64,000 nt of DNA from an uncultured Bacilli bacterium (lineage in GTDB: Bacteria > Bacillota_I > Bacilli_A > RF39 > UBA660): positions 760-64,759 of the forward strand of contig CANPXE010000005.1 of NCBI GenBank assembly GCA_947585665.1. Direction: 5' to 3'. The first letter of the stretch is position 1. Each line of letters starts with the position of its first letter. Of this stretch, positions 9,031 through 18,272 are shown piece by piece. The notes beneath the pieces were generated by a model. It worked only from the letters and a program-made list of their open reading frames with translations. It was not told the origin of the DNA and did no database searches. Both the position numbers and the translations under genes were made by a program.

Positions 9031-10431
9031 TTATTTATATGAATCTAATATATCTCTTGCGGCAATTAAACCTGTTGCAGCAGCTGTTACAATATTTCCG
9101 GCTTTACCAGAACCATCACCGATGAAATATATATCATAATCTTCTAATTTGAACTTATTGTTAGTTGTTATCTCGTTAGAGAAGAACTTTATTTCTGGTC
9201 CATAGAGAAGGGTTTCACCATTATTGACACCAGGAATTATCTCATTTAATTTATCTAATCCTTCAATGATATTAGTAATAATACGATGTGGTAAAACAAG
9301 AGCAAGGTCACCAGCTACACAATCTTTAAGAGTAGGGGTAATGAAACCTTTATTAATGCGGTGCCATTCACTACGACGATGCGTTTTTAAATCCTTTAAT
9401 GATTGAATAATTGGTTTTCCATCACCCAAAACATTCGCAATTCGCGCAATTGATTCACCATATTGTCTAGTATTAGTTACGGGTTCGGTTAGATTTACTT
9501 TACTGATAAAAGCAAAGTTAGAATTATTTGATTTGATGTCTTTTAGAGAGTGTCCATTGACACAAATATAACCATAATAGTTTTCTTTAGATACGAAACC
9601 TCCAGGATTAGTGCAGAACGTTCTTATTTCATCACCATAAGTATCAGTCTTAATAAAGATAGTAGGGTCATAGATAACGTTACATAAGTCTTCTAGTATT
9701 TCTTTTCGCACTTCAACTCTAACACCAATTTCAATACTTTGTGATAAGTAAGAAATATGATATTTATCAGCAAGCTCTTGAATCCATTTAGCACCCGTTC
9801 TTCCAGGAGCAACGATGACTTTCTTCGTTGTAACTACCTCTTCTTTTTTATCTATTTTAATAGTTATTTCATGTTTATCTTTTTTTATACTTTTAATGTC
9901 TATAACACTAGCACTTTCTAACAATTCCACTTTTTTCTTGCGTAAGAAATCAGTGAAATCTTTGATGTATCCAGGAAGATGATCACTTCCTAAATGTTTT
10001 TGTTTAATTAGTAATAGACGGGCACCAGTGATGGCGACTTTCTTCTTTATTTCATTAGCCATAGTCATATCAGAAGGGAAGACATCACTATCCATTTTAA
10101 ACTTTGTAAAAATTTCTTCGGTATCATCAATGATTTTATATGCTTCATCTTCCGTCATATACTTGAATAAATCACTTTTACCAAGTTTAGGAATAAAGTT
10201 TAATTTACCATCCGAAAAAGTTCCAGCACCACCATAACCAGATAGTATTTGACAAGGATTGCAGTTAGCACATTTAGTACCATACTTATTCATAGGGCAA
10301 ACTCTATTTTCCGCAAATTTACCTTGATCAACGACTAAAATTTTAAGGTTTTTATTTTTGGTACTCAATTCATATGCAGAAAATAATCCCGCTGGACCAG
10401 CACCAACAATAACGACATCGTATTGTTTCAT
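9031..10431 (-). CDS. FAD/NAD(P)-binding oxidoreductase (uncharacterised COG2509-like family)
   Basis: N-terminal dinucleotide fold YDVVIVGAGPAGLF and C-terminal GDGSGKAGNIVTAAATG. GGAG RBS favours the MKQYD start at 10431. Confidence 0.7.
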   Translation of the reverse strand: MKQYDVVIVGAGPAGLFSAYELSTKNKNLKILVVDQGKFAENRVCPMNKYGTKCANCNPCQILSGYGGAGTFSDGKLNFIPKLGKSDLFKYMTEDEAYKIIDDTEEIFTKFKMDSDVFPSDMTMANEIKKKVAITGARLLLIKQKHLGSDHLPGYIKDFTDFLRKKKVELLESASVIDIKSIKKDKHEITIKIDKKEEVVTTKKVIVAPGRTGAKWIQELADKYHISYLSQSIEIGVRVEVRKEILEDLCNVIYDPTIFIKTDTYGDEIRTFCTNPGGFVSKENYYGYICVNGHSLKDIKSNNSNFAFISKVNLTEPVTNTRQYGESIARIANVLGDGKPIIQSLKDLKTHRRSEWHRINKGFITPTLKDCVAGDLALVLPHRIITNIIEGLDKLNEIIPGVNNGETLLYGPEIKFFSNEITTNNKFKLEDYDIYFIGDGSGKAGNIVTAAATGLIAARDILDSYK

Positions 10432-10552
10432 ATCCATCAACTCCAATACTATTATAACTTAAAAATTAGCTCTTTTAAACAAAAATAATAATTTATGTGC
10501 TAAATCTTAATTTTGTGTTATAATGTTATTGAAATAGAAATGGGTTGATTAT

Positions 10553-11128
10553 ATGTATTATTTAGCATTTGCCGTATTTTTTGCTTTGAATTTTTCCCTT
10601 TGGTTTGTTTTTCCTTCGCTTGTTTTAAAAGGAGTTGTTAAACCATCACGTAAACGTAAAGATGAAAATTTAAAGCTTTATTTATTCTTATATGGTGTTT
10701 TATGTTTAGTATATGCCGTCATTTATATTTTGTTTTATCGTCATTTTGCGATTGCTATAAATGACATTCCACTAATGAATAGTGATAACAGTCACATCTT
10801 TACTAGTGAAATAGGAAACCTTTCTTTAATGGTCATTCTCTTTTTGATTATATCCCTAGCACTATCAATATTTACTTTTTTACTTGCGAAACGTGCATTT
10901 AGAATAAAACAAAATAATATTGGTTATGCCGTTTGCTTGGTGACTGGTTTCTTAAACATATTAACGTACTGGTTCTCCAATTTAGTCTTAAACTTAAATT
11001 TATATGCTTTTGAACTAGAACACTATTTATTAAATATCTTATTAAAAATTGATTATGAAGTATTACTATTTGTTTTTCCTGTATTAGTTTTTTTGAATTT
11101 TGCAATATCATTTGTTGAAGAAAAGTAG
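10553..11128 (+). CDS. polytopic membrane protein, unknown function
   Basis: 191 aa with about six hydrophobic segments. Its stop directly abuts the stop of the convergent flippase gene. Confidence 0.5.
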   Translation: MYYLAFAVFFALNFSLWFVFPSLVLKGVVKPSRKRKDENLKLYLFLYGVLCLVYAVIYILFYRHFAIAINDIPLMNSDNSHIFTSEIGNLSLMVILFLIISLALSIFTFLLAKRAFRIKQNNIGYAVCLVTGFLNILTYWFSNLVLNLNLYAFELEHYLLNILLKIDYEVLLFVFPVLVFLNFAISFVEEK

Positions 11129-12415
11129 TTAAATACTTTTTTTTATGGTTAAATAGTCAAGAATAGTTGTTATTGATATATTGACAATAATGCCACAAAT
11201 AAGACCGTATAGGCCAATATGAAAATAGGAGAGGAAGAGAATGGTTAAAGTTTTTAAAGTTATACCGGTAAGTTCATTTATCATTAATTCTTTAGATTTA
11301 TCTATTCCTTGAAGTATTGCAACTAAGGGTGGTTGAATGTAATAGAGAATAAATACAGGTAATAAGACTAATAAATAGTTTTTACCTAAATCCGTATTAT
11401 AAATTAGTTTTAAAAAGAAATTAGGAAAGAGAAAGAGAGCAATAATGACAACTGAGCCAATCAATCCAGAAATAATGAGTGCTTGTTTCATTTTTCTTTT
11501 AATAGCTCGTTTGTCGCCTCTTGCACTATATTTAGATATTGTTGGTAATAAGCTATTACTGATTGCTAAACTAAAAAAATTAGGAAGCATTATGAGCGGA
11601 AGAACATATCCTTCAATGATACCATATTCAATGGAAATAAACTCTTTACTATAACCAACTTTTTGAAGGATGAACATGAGAATAATTGGTTCAAAAAAAT
11701 AGAAGATAGAAGAAATAATACGGCCACTAGTATTAGGAATTGATATATCTAAAATATCTTTAATATAAGTCTTATTAGGAATCATATCTTTTTTCGTTAA
11801 ATGAAGCTTATTGGGAAGAAATAAAAATAATACGAGAAAAGATACGGTTTCACTTATGATATTGACAAGAACAATACCACAGACGGCTTTAACGATATTT
11901 ATTTTAACTAATTTAGGAATTAACAGGATGATGAGTGACATTCTAACTACTTGTTCTACAATGTTTGATATGACATGCGGTAACATCCTTTGTTTACCAA
12001 AAAAATATGATCTAATGATACTAGAAAGACTAATGAAAGGAAGCGTTAAACTAATAGCCATAATGGGAAGAACACATCTTTCTTCATTTAAGAGATTGAT
12101 AGCTAAATATTTAGCCGAAAACATTAATACTAAAATAGTTATTATATTGATTACAATCGCAATCGGTATCGTTGAAAATAAAATATTTTTATTATTATAT
12201 TTATCTTCTGATACTAATTTAGATATTGATATGGGAAGACTTAATTGCGTTATTGTCATCGCAAGCGAAAAAGTAGGAAGGATTAACATATAAAGACTAA
12301 CTCCTTCTATACCAATTGTTCTCGTCATAACAATTTTTATAAATAGACCTAATATTTTAGTAATAAATCCACCAATAATTAAAATAATTGTCGATATTAT
12401 AAATTTCTCTTTCAT
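11129..12415 (-). CDS. MOP-superfamily flippase (SpoVB/MurJ-like polysaccharide biosynthesis protein)
   Basis: N-terminus IIGGFITKILGLFIKIVMTRTIGIEGVSLYMLILPTFSLAMTITQLSLPISISKLVSE closely follows the SpoVB/Wzx pattern. About 12 TM segments. Confidence 0.7.
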   Translation of the reverse strand: MKEKFIISTIILIIGGFITKILGLFIKIVMTRTIGIEGVSLYMLILPTFSLAMTITQLSLPISISKLVSEDKYNNKNILFSTIPIAIVINIITILVLMFSAKYLAINLLNEERCVLPIMAISLTLPFISLSSIIRSYFFGKQRMLPHVISNIVEQVVRMSLIILLIPKLVKINIVKAVCGIVLVNIISETVSFLVLFLFLPNKLHLTKKDMIPNKTYIKDILDISIPNTSGRIISSIFYFFEPIILMFILQKVGYSKEFISIEYGIIEGYVLPLIMLPNFFSLAISNSLLPTISKYSARGDKRAIKRKMKQALIISGLIGSVVIIALFLFPNFFLKLIYNTDLGKNYLLVLLPVFILYYIQPPLVAILQGIDKSKELMINELTGITLKTLTILFLSYFHIGLYGLICGIIVNISITTILDYLTIKKSI

Positions 12416-12440
12416 AGTTTAAATCTATGTTTTAAGACAC

Positions 12441-12465
12441 AAAAAAAGAAGATTATTTAATCTTC
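12441..12465 (-). terminator. rho-independent terminator after the 28-aa micro-ORF
   Basis: GAAGATT-loop-AATCTTC hairpin followed by T7 on the minus strand. Confidence 0.65.
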
Positions 12466-12473
12466 CTAATTAC

Positions 12474-12560
12474 TTAAATAAGAAATAAACTTGCGATTAT
12501 TGATCCTAACATTACTAATAGGAAAAATATTGATGTTATTTGAATTGCCTTTTTACTCAT
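12474..12560 (-). CDS. 28-aa hydrophobic micro-protein (not in the ORF track)
   Basis: GAGGTGGA RBS 6 nt before the ATG. Sequence MSKKAIQITSIFFLLVMLGSIIASLFLI*. It has its own terminator. Confidence 0.5.
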   Translation of the reverse strand: MSKKAIQITSIFFLLVMLGSIIASLFLI

Positions 12561-12648
12561 ATTTATCCACCTCAGTACAATTATAATAGAAAAAGGTAAA
12601 AAAGTAAAATAAAAATAGAATAATTATAGAAAATAAGAATATATTTTA

Positions 12649-13266
12649 ATGGTGATATTAATGAATATACATAGTAAGAAACTTAGTATTGTAAAACAAA
12701 AAAAGATGTATTTAGTATTTATTAGTATGATGTTATGTAGTTTAATAATGGGTTTTTTCTTCTATTTTATTATTTCTAATAGTAATAAAGAATTAGTTAT
12801 GAATACCCAAAAAGATTTCTTTAATAATATAAGTAATATCAATTATTTTAGTAGTTTAATATCTTCTATTTTGACGAATGGACTATATGTTTTAATAATG
12901 TTTATATTAGGACTTAGTGTTTTAGGATTCATATTTATAATTAGTATTATCTTAGTAAAAAGTTTTATTGTAGGTTTTTCTATTTCTTCCATCATTGGAA
13001 CATTCGGTTGGAAGGGAATAGGATTATCATTAGTCTATGTCTTTCCACATCAAATATTATTTTTGATAATTCTTTTACTGATGTGTTTTTATGGATGTAA
13101 TTTCTGTTATCGACTATTTAATCATATCTTTAAAAAACAAATAATTAATTTTAGAGGAATAAGAGAAAAGTATATAAAAGTATTTATTATATCTTTAATA
13201 GGAGCAATTATATGTTCCTTATATGAAGTATTTATAATTCCTTATTTAATAAAAATATTTATATGA
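12649..13266 (+). CDS. SpoIIM-like integral membrane protein
   Basis: About 200 aa and polytopic. The VFPHQILFLIILLL segment resembles the PHG-I-E-P region of SpoIIM family proteins. No strong RBS. Confidence 0.45.
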   Translation: MVILMNIHSKKLSIVKQKKMYLVFISMMLCSLIMGFFFYFIISNSNKELVMNTQKDFFNNISNINYFSSLISSILTNGLYVLIMFILGLSVLGFIFIISIILVKSFIVGFSISSIIGTFGWKGIGLSLVYVFPHQILFLIILLLMCFYGCNFCYRLFNHIFKKQIINFRGIREKYIKVFIISLIGAIICSLYEVFIIPYLIKIFI

Positions 13267-13347
13267 AAGACAAGTGCTTGAGCTTGTTTTTTTATTGGGA
13301 ATATATTAAGAATATGATATAATGAAAAAAAAGAAAGTTGGTGATTT

Positions 13348-13788
13348 ATGAAAACAATGGTAAATACGCATATTGGTTCATATGGCATCATTATTCAAAA
13401 TGATAAGATTGTTTTGATTAGAAAGGCAAGAGGCGGTTATAAAGGTAAATTAGATTTACCTGGAGGTGGTATTGAACATACGGAAACACCTACAGAAACA
13501 TTAAAACGTGAAATAATGGAAGAAGCGGGAATAACAATTAGTAATTATGAACTACTAGATTGTACATCAGTAAATATTAAATGGAACGTCGAAAAAGATT
13601 TATGGGAAGATTTACATCATATTGGTATTCTTTATAAAGTTGAAACCAATGATTTTGCTTTAAAAGAAGATGCTGATGGTTTAGACTCAAATGGTGCTTT
13701 TTGGTATGAAATAGATAAATTAAATGGTGATGAATTATCGCCATTTGCTAAATACAGTTTAGAAAAGTTAGGATATAATATAAAATAA
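13348..13788 (+). CDS. NUDIX hydrolase
   Basis: Nudix box GGGIEHTETPTETLKREIMEEAGI. Confidence 0.85.
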   Translation: MKTMVNTHIGSYGIIIQNDKIVLIRKARGGYKGKLDLPGGGIEHTETPTETLKREIMEEAGITISNYELLDCTSVNIKWNVEKDLWEDLHHIGILYKVETNDFALKEDADGLDSNGAFWYEIDKLNGDELSPFAKYSLEKLGYNIK

Positions 13789-13799
13789 AGGAGTAGGGT

Positions 13800-13916
13800 A
13801 TGAGAAGATATTATAAGAATCAAAGTGGCGGATTATTTTCGACACTACTTGCCATTGTATTAATTATTTTGGCACTACCATTTCTCATAATAATTGAATT
13901 GGGTACTAGAAAATAG
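13800..13916 (+). CDS. 38-aa single-TM micro-protein (not in the ORF track)
   Basis: AAGGAG RBS. Sequence MRRYYKNQSGGLFSTLLAIVLIILALPFLIIIELGTRK*. A terminator follows. Confidence 0.5.
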   Translation: MRRYYKNQSGGLFSTLLAIVLIILALPFLIIIELGTRK

Positions 13917-13922
13917 AATTAG

Positions 13923-13950
13923 ACAAAAGATAATAATCTTTTGTTTTTTT
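13923..13950 (+). terminator. rho-independent terminator
   Basis: ACAAAAGA-taataa-TCTTTTGT hairpin followed by T7. Confidence 0.75.
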
Positions 13951-13985
13951 ATATATTGTTGTATAATATGCCTAGGTGATTCGTT

Positions 13986-15095
13986 ATGAATAAAAAGGTA
14001 ATTATTGGAATGAGTGGGGGAGTAGACTCTTCCGTTGCAGCTATTCTATTAAAAGAACAAGGATATGATGTAGAAGGTTTATTTATGCGTAATTGGGATG
14101 CTACTATCAATAATGATATATTAGGTAATCCAACTTTAAATGAAAACATTTGTCCCCAAGAACAAGACTATAACGATGCTTTAAAAGTATGTGAGGAAAT
14201 AGGAATACCTCTTCGTCGCATTGACTTTGTTAAAGAGTATTGGGATTACGTCTTTACTTATTTTTTGGATGAATTAAAAAAGGGAAGAACACCTAATCCT
14301 GATATTATGTGTAATAAATATATTAAGTTTGATTATTTTATTCGTGAAGCCAAAAGATTGGGAGCTGACTATATTGCTACTGGTCATTATGCTAAGATGA
14401 AAGATGGTAAATTATGTCGTAGTAAAGATACTAATAAAGATCAAACATATTTCTTATCACAATTGAGTGCTGAACAACTTGAAAATGTTTTATTTCCTTT
14501 AGGTGATATTGATAAGTCAGAAGTAAGAGAAATAGCTAAGAAACATAATCTTACAACTGCAACAAAAAAAGATTCCACGGGTATATGTTTTATTGGTGAA
14601 AGAAATTTTAAAAACTTTTTAAAGAACTATTTACCTAATATTCCAGGAGATATTGTGAATATTGATAATAATGAGGTCTTAGGTAAGCATATTGGTCTCA
14701 TGTACTATACAATCGGTCAGAGAAGAGGATTAGATATTGGTGGTTATGAAAATAGAATGTTTGTTGTTGGTAAGAACTTAGAAAAAAATATTCTTTATGT
14801 AGCTTTAGGCGAAGATAATGACTATTTATTATCTGATAGTTGCATTGTTGAAATGGTTAATTTTAATGGTGATGAACGACCTAGCGAATGTACAGCTAAA
14901 TTTAGATATCGTGCTAGTGACTATCCAGTTAAAGTTGAGTATTTAGATGATGGTAATTTATTAGTTAGATATGATAATATTAAATCAGTTACTCCTGGAC
15001 AAGCTTGTGTCCTATATTTGGGTGAAAGATGTCTTGGTGGAGGAATTATTAAAGAAGTAAGAAAAAATGAAGAAAAACTTTGGTATTTGTTATAG
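13986..15095 (+). CDS. mnmA: tRNA 2-thiouridine(34) synthase
   Basis: PP-loop [12 protein letters not shown] plus the conserved DQTYFL and GICFIGE motifs. Confidence 0.95.
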   Translation: MNKKVIIGMSGGVDSSVAAILLKEQGYDVEGLFMRNWDATINNDILGNPTLNENICPQEQDYNDALKVCEEIGIPLRRIDFVKEYWDYVFTYFLDELKKGRTPNPDIMCNKYIKFDYFIREAKRLGADYIATGHYAKMKDGKLCRSKDTNKDQTYFLSQLSAEQLENVLFPLGDIDKSEVREIAKKHNLTTATKKDSTGICFIGERNFKNFLKNYLPNIPGDIVNIDNNEVLGKHIGLMYYTIGQRRGLDIGGYENRMFVVGKNLEKNILYVALGEDNDYLLSDSCIVEMVNFNGDERPSECTAKFRYRASDYPVKVEYLDDGNLLVRYDNIKSVTPGQACVLYLGERCLGGGIIKEVRKNEEKLWYLL

Positions 15096-15103
15096 GAGAT
15101 TTT

Positions 15104-16093
15104 ATGGCATTATTTGATAGATTTAGAGAAACAATTTTTTTAAAGTCTGATAGCGAATTAGAAAAAGAAATTGCTGAATTAAAAAGTATTCGTGAACAAG
15201 TAAAAGATAAAGAAAGATTAGATATTGATATTAAAAAATTAGAGTTAGGTTTAATGGGTGAAAGGCAAATCGAATACGAATTAAAAACTAGTGATTTAGG
15301 AATTTATGTATTACATGATATTACTTTGCCATATGAAGATTTAACAGCCCAAATAGATTATATTATAAATACTCCTGTCGCAACTTATATTGTTGAATGT
15401 AAAAATCTAATTGGAAATGTTACTGTTGATAATAAAGGAGAATTTGTTAGAGAATATTATATAAATGGTAAACATATTAAAGAATCAATATATTCACCAT
15501 ATCGTCAAGCTTTGCGTCATATAGAACTCATAAAGAAAAGATGGTTACAACGTAATGGTAAATTGAGTCAATTGTTGTTTGAAAAAAATTTTAGTAGTTG
15601 GTATCGACCATTAGTAGTATTTTGTAATCCTAAGGGTATCCTAAATATAAAAAATGCCCCACAAGAAATTAAAGATCATATCGTTAAAATTGATCAATTA
15701 AATGAATATTTGAAGAAAGAATATGATAATACAACATGGGATAATTTATCTACGCAAAAACAGATGCTTGATAATAGTGAAGGATTTTTAGATGCTAATG
15801 TTGTAAGAGTAAGAGATTTAAAAGAAAAATATGAAATAATTGAACAAGGAACAAATAAAGAATCACAAACTGAATATGATGTTGAGTTAGAAAATAAACT
15901 TAAAGAATTTAGAACTAAGAAGAGTAGGGATAAAAAGATACCAGCCTACTATGTATTTAATAATGCTGAATTAGAAAGATTAGTTAAGGAAAAACCAAAT
16001 ACAATTGATAAATTAAAAGATTCTAAAATACTTGATACTACAAAACTAAAACTTCATGGTGATGAGATTGTTGAAATAATCAATAATAATTAA
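15104..16093 (+). CDS. NERD-domain protein with a C-terminal HRDC-like helical domain
   Basis: GERQIEYELK...YVLHDI...IDYIINTP...YIVECKN matches the NERD nuclease-like core. C-terminus KIPAYYVFNNAELERLVKEKPNTIDKL is HRDC-like. GGAG RBS favours ATG 15104. Confidence 0.65.
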   Translation: MALFDRFRETIFLKSDSELEKEIAELKSIREQVKDKERLDIDIKKLELGLMGERQIEYELKTSDLGIYVLHDITLPYEDLTAQIDYIINTPVATYIVECKNLIGNVTVDNKGEFVREYYINGKHIKESIYSPYRQALRHIELIKKRWLQRNGKLSQLLFEKNFSSWYRPLVVFCNPKGILNIKNAPQEIKDHIVKIDQLNEYLKKEYDNTTWDNLSTQKQMLDNSEGFLDANVVRVRDLKEKYEIIEQGTNKESQTEYDVELENKLKEFRTKKSRDKKIPAYYVFNNAELERLVKEKPNTIDKLKDSKILDTTKLKLHGDEIVEIINNN

Positions 16094-16114
16094 TATTTAT
16101 TTTTTGCTTTACAC

Positions 16115-16142
16115 TTGACAATGTCAAATAAAATGATAAAAT
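16115..16142 (+). promoter_or_regulatory. sigma-A-type promoter with a palindromic operator over the -35
   Basis: TTGACA-16 nt-TGaTAAAAT. The -35 forms a perfect palindrome, TTGACA-A-TGTCAA (16115-16127). Confidence 0.55.
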
Positions 16143-16167
16143 TAAATTGTATGGAGGTTAGAGACAT

Positions 16168-16935
16168 ATGAAAGAATTAAATAATGTTTTAAATGAATTA
16201 GGAATATCCAAAGTAAGACTAGCTAAGTATTTAGGAGTTTCTCGCCAAATGCTATATAATTATTTAGCATTACCTAGTTTAAAGGAATGGCCAAAAGAGA
16301 AATCTACTAAATTAATGGGTCTTTTAAATATAAAATCAGAAGAGGAATTAAAAGATATTAAGATTGAAGGAAGTTATATTATTGAAGTTGAAGGACGTCT
16401 TAATGATGGTGTTAAAGATTCTTCTGATAAAGAAATTCTTGCTGACTTAAAAGGATTTAATAAGAAGGAACAGGATCTTCTTGCTGATATAATTAATTTA
16501 TTAAAAGAAAGATTACAAGAAGACCAAACTAAAGATACTTATAATGCATATGTATATTTATATCATTATTTGAAGTCTATGGAGACATCTAAGGAATTAA
16601 AATATATTCTTGCTTATATGTCTAAATCAATGGGATTTACTGATCCTATGGAATTCGTATTTAATCAAGAGCAACAATTTATTTTTGAAAGTATTTTGTT
16701 CTCAGGTTTAACTCTATATAATAATGGTGGTGCTTCTAAAGCAAAGCTTGCTGAATCACATAAGAGATTTGTACAAGATATTGAACATAAGAATGAAGAG
16801 AAGTTAAGTAGAACACAAGAACTTAATACAGCTAAAGTACAAGCATTAAGAGAACTTGGTTATACTGAAATAAATGAAGATAATGCTAAAGAAGTATTAG
16901 AAAAAATTGCCGAAATACAATCAAGAAAAGTTTAA
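16168..16935 (+). CDS. helix-turn-helix (XRE-like) DNA-binding protein with a long C-terminal helical domain
   Basis: N-terminal LGISKVRLAKYLGVSRQMLYNYL. GGAGG RBS. Confidence 0.6.
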   Translation: MKELNNVLNELGISKVRLAKYLGVSRQMLYNYLALPSLKEWPKEKSTKLMGLLNIKSEEELKDIKIEGSYIIEVEGRLNDGVKDSSDKEILADLKGFNKKEQDLLADIINLLKERLQEDQTKDTYNAYVYLYHYLKSMETSKELKYILAYMSKSMGFTDPMEFVFNQEQQFIFESILFSGLTLYNNGGASKAKLAESHKRFVQDIEHKNEEKLSRTQELNTAKVQALRELGYTEINEDNAKEVLEKIAEIQSRKV

Positions 16936-16958
16936 GATATCATTTGATATCTTTTTTT
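16935..16958 (+). terminator. rho-independent terminator
   Basis: AGATATC-attt-GATATCT hairpin followed by T7. Confidence 0.75.
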
Positions 16959-17169
16959 ATGGAGAGTAGGTACACTCTTTTTGATAATGAATAAATATTG
17001 GTTACAGGTAAGTGTAAGTTAAATTAAAGATTAATATATGAGCAGTCATTCATATATTATTAATTAATAAATAAAATAATAATAAATTATGTTATCTAAT
17101 AATTACTTATTAAATTAATTGAAACCCATTGTTTATAAAGGTTTCTTTACCTTTTCTTTCCGCGAATGA

Positions 17170-17197
17170 ACTTCCTATAATTGATATTATGTTGCCT
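17170..17197 (+). other. dif: dif-like XerC/XerD chromosome dimer resolution site
   Basis: ACTTCCTATAA-TTGATA-TTATGTTGCCT. By hand alignment, 22 of 28 positions match the B. subtilis dif as I recall it (ACTTCCTAGAATATATATTATGTAAACT). The XerD arm begins TTATGTT as in E. coli dif. It lies in the non-coding gap where gene orientation converges. Confidence 0.65.
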
Positions 17198-17420
17198 TTT
17201 GTAATGATTTTTTTGTATAGTATTTGATAATATAAAATTGTGGTGTATTATTTGATATAGTAATGTATTTGTGTGCATATCATATTATGCTATGGGACAT
17301 ACATGTAGATGAATTCAAATCAATTTAAATTTAGATTTTATTTATTATCCTTATTATAAAATTTAATAAGGTTATAATACGCGTATATATCCTTATTTAT
17401 ATATATAATAAAGAGATAGG

Positions 17421-18158
17421 TTATCTATCTCTTCTCTTTGTTTTGACTACAGCTAATTCTTCACCTGATAGGGCATCTTTTATTGTCCTCTTCTCTACTT
17501 CAAAATAACTTGGTAGGGTGTCTTTTGTTAGTTTTTTTACATACCATTGCCATTTATTTTCAAATGGAATCATTGGATATATTTGATTCCTTGGTGTATG
17601 ATCACAAGAACATAATTCGATGTAGAATGGAATACTATTTTCATTAGCTACGCGTATAATGCTTTCAGTTGCCTGACATGGCTTTTGCCCTACTACTAAA
17701 TCAGTTTTTAATAGCGGTGTGGCATTGCTAAATGGTTTCTTAATTAATTGAATACCTTCAAGGTTTAGGACTGCTAGTGCAGGGTCATATACAGTAATTG
17801 ATCCTTTATGCAATTTAGCTTGTCTTTTTTGAATTTCGTGAGCTAGAGCAGGGAACCTTCCTCCCCCTACTTCAACTATATCTTTATCTAAACCATATTC
17901 TTCTTCTATTCTATTTGCCATTTGAAAATATGGATTTTTATCTTCTGGTAAAGCATCTATAGCAGAAAAAATTTGTGAAAAAATTGTTTCTCCAGCACCA
18001 AAGTCATAATATGCATCTTTATAATAAAGTAAAATATAACTTGATAGTGACATTTCTAAATATTCTTTTTCTTCTTCGGTCATGCTTCTATCATATCCAT
18101 CGCCATATATTGATATGAACTTATTAATTCGTTCTTTTAGTTCTTTGTGGTTAATCAT
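17421..18158 (-). CDS. hypothetical protein, possibly a Rossmann-like fold
   Basis: GGGGAG RBS precedes the MINHKEL start at 18158. Contains a VEVGGGRFPALAHEI glycine-rich loop. No family recognised. Confidence 0.5.
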   Translation of the reverse strand: MINHKELKERINKFISIYGDGYDRSMTEEEKEYLEMSLSSYILLYYKDAYYDFGAGETIFSQIFSAIDALPEDKNPYFQMANRIEEEYGLDKDIVEVGGGRFPALAHEIQKRQAKLHKGSITVYDPALAVLNLEGIQLIKKPFSNATPLLKTDLVVGQKPCQATESIIRVANENSIPFYIELCSCDHTPRNQIYPMIPFENKWQWYVKKLTKDTLPSYFEVEKRTIKDALSGEELAVVKTKRRDR

Positions 18159-18272
18159 GTTTTCTCCCCTTTTCAATATGTGCTAAATTATATCATATTT
18201 TTTACAAAAAGTCAAAGTTTAACGTATAAATGAGTGGGATTTTGCTAATAATGAAAATGGAGGTAATATTTT

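Noticed and set aside
17087-17097. TTATGTTATCT, a second XerD-arm-like half site 73 nt left of the dif-like site. It could mark a Xer-exploiting integrated element (IMEX).
   Set aside because: The 17 nt to its left (AATAAAATAAT-AATAAA) do not resemble a XerC arm. TTATGTT is expected by chance in DNA this AT-rich. I saw no second full site in the other intergenic regions between 13.8 and 30.2 kb.
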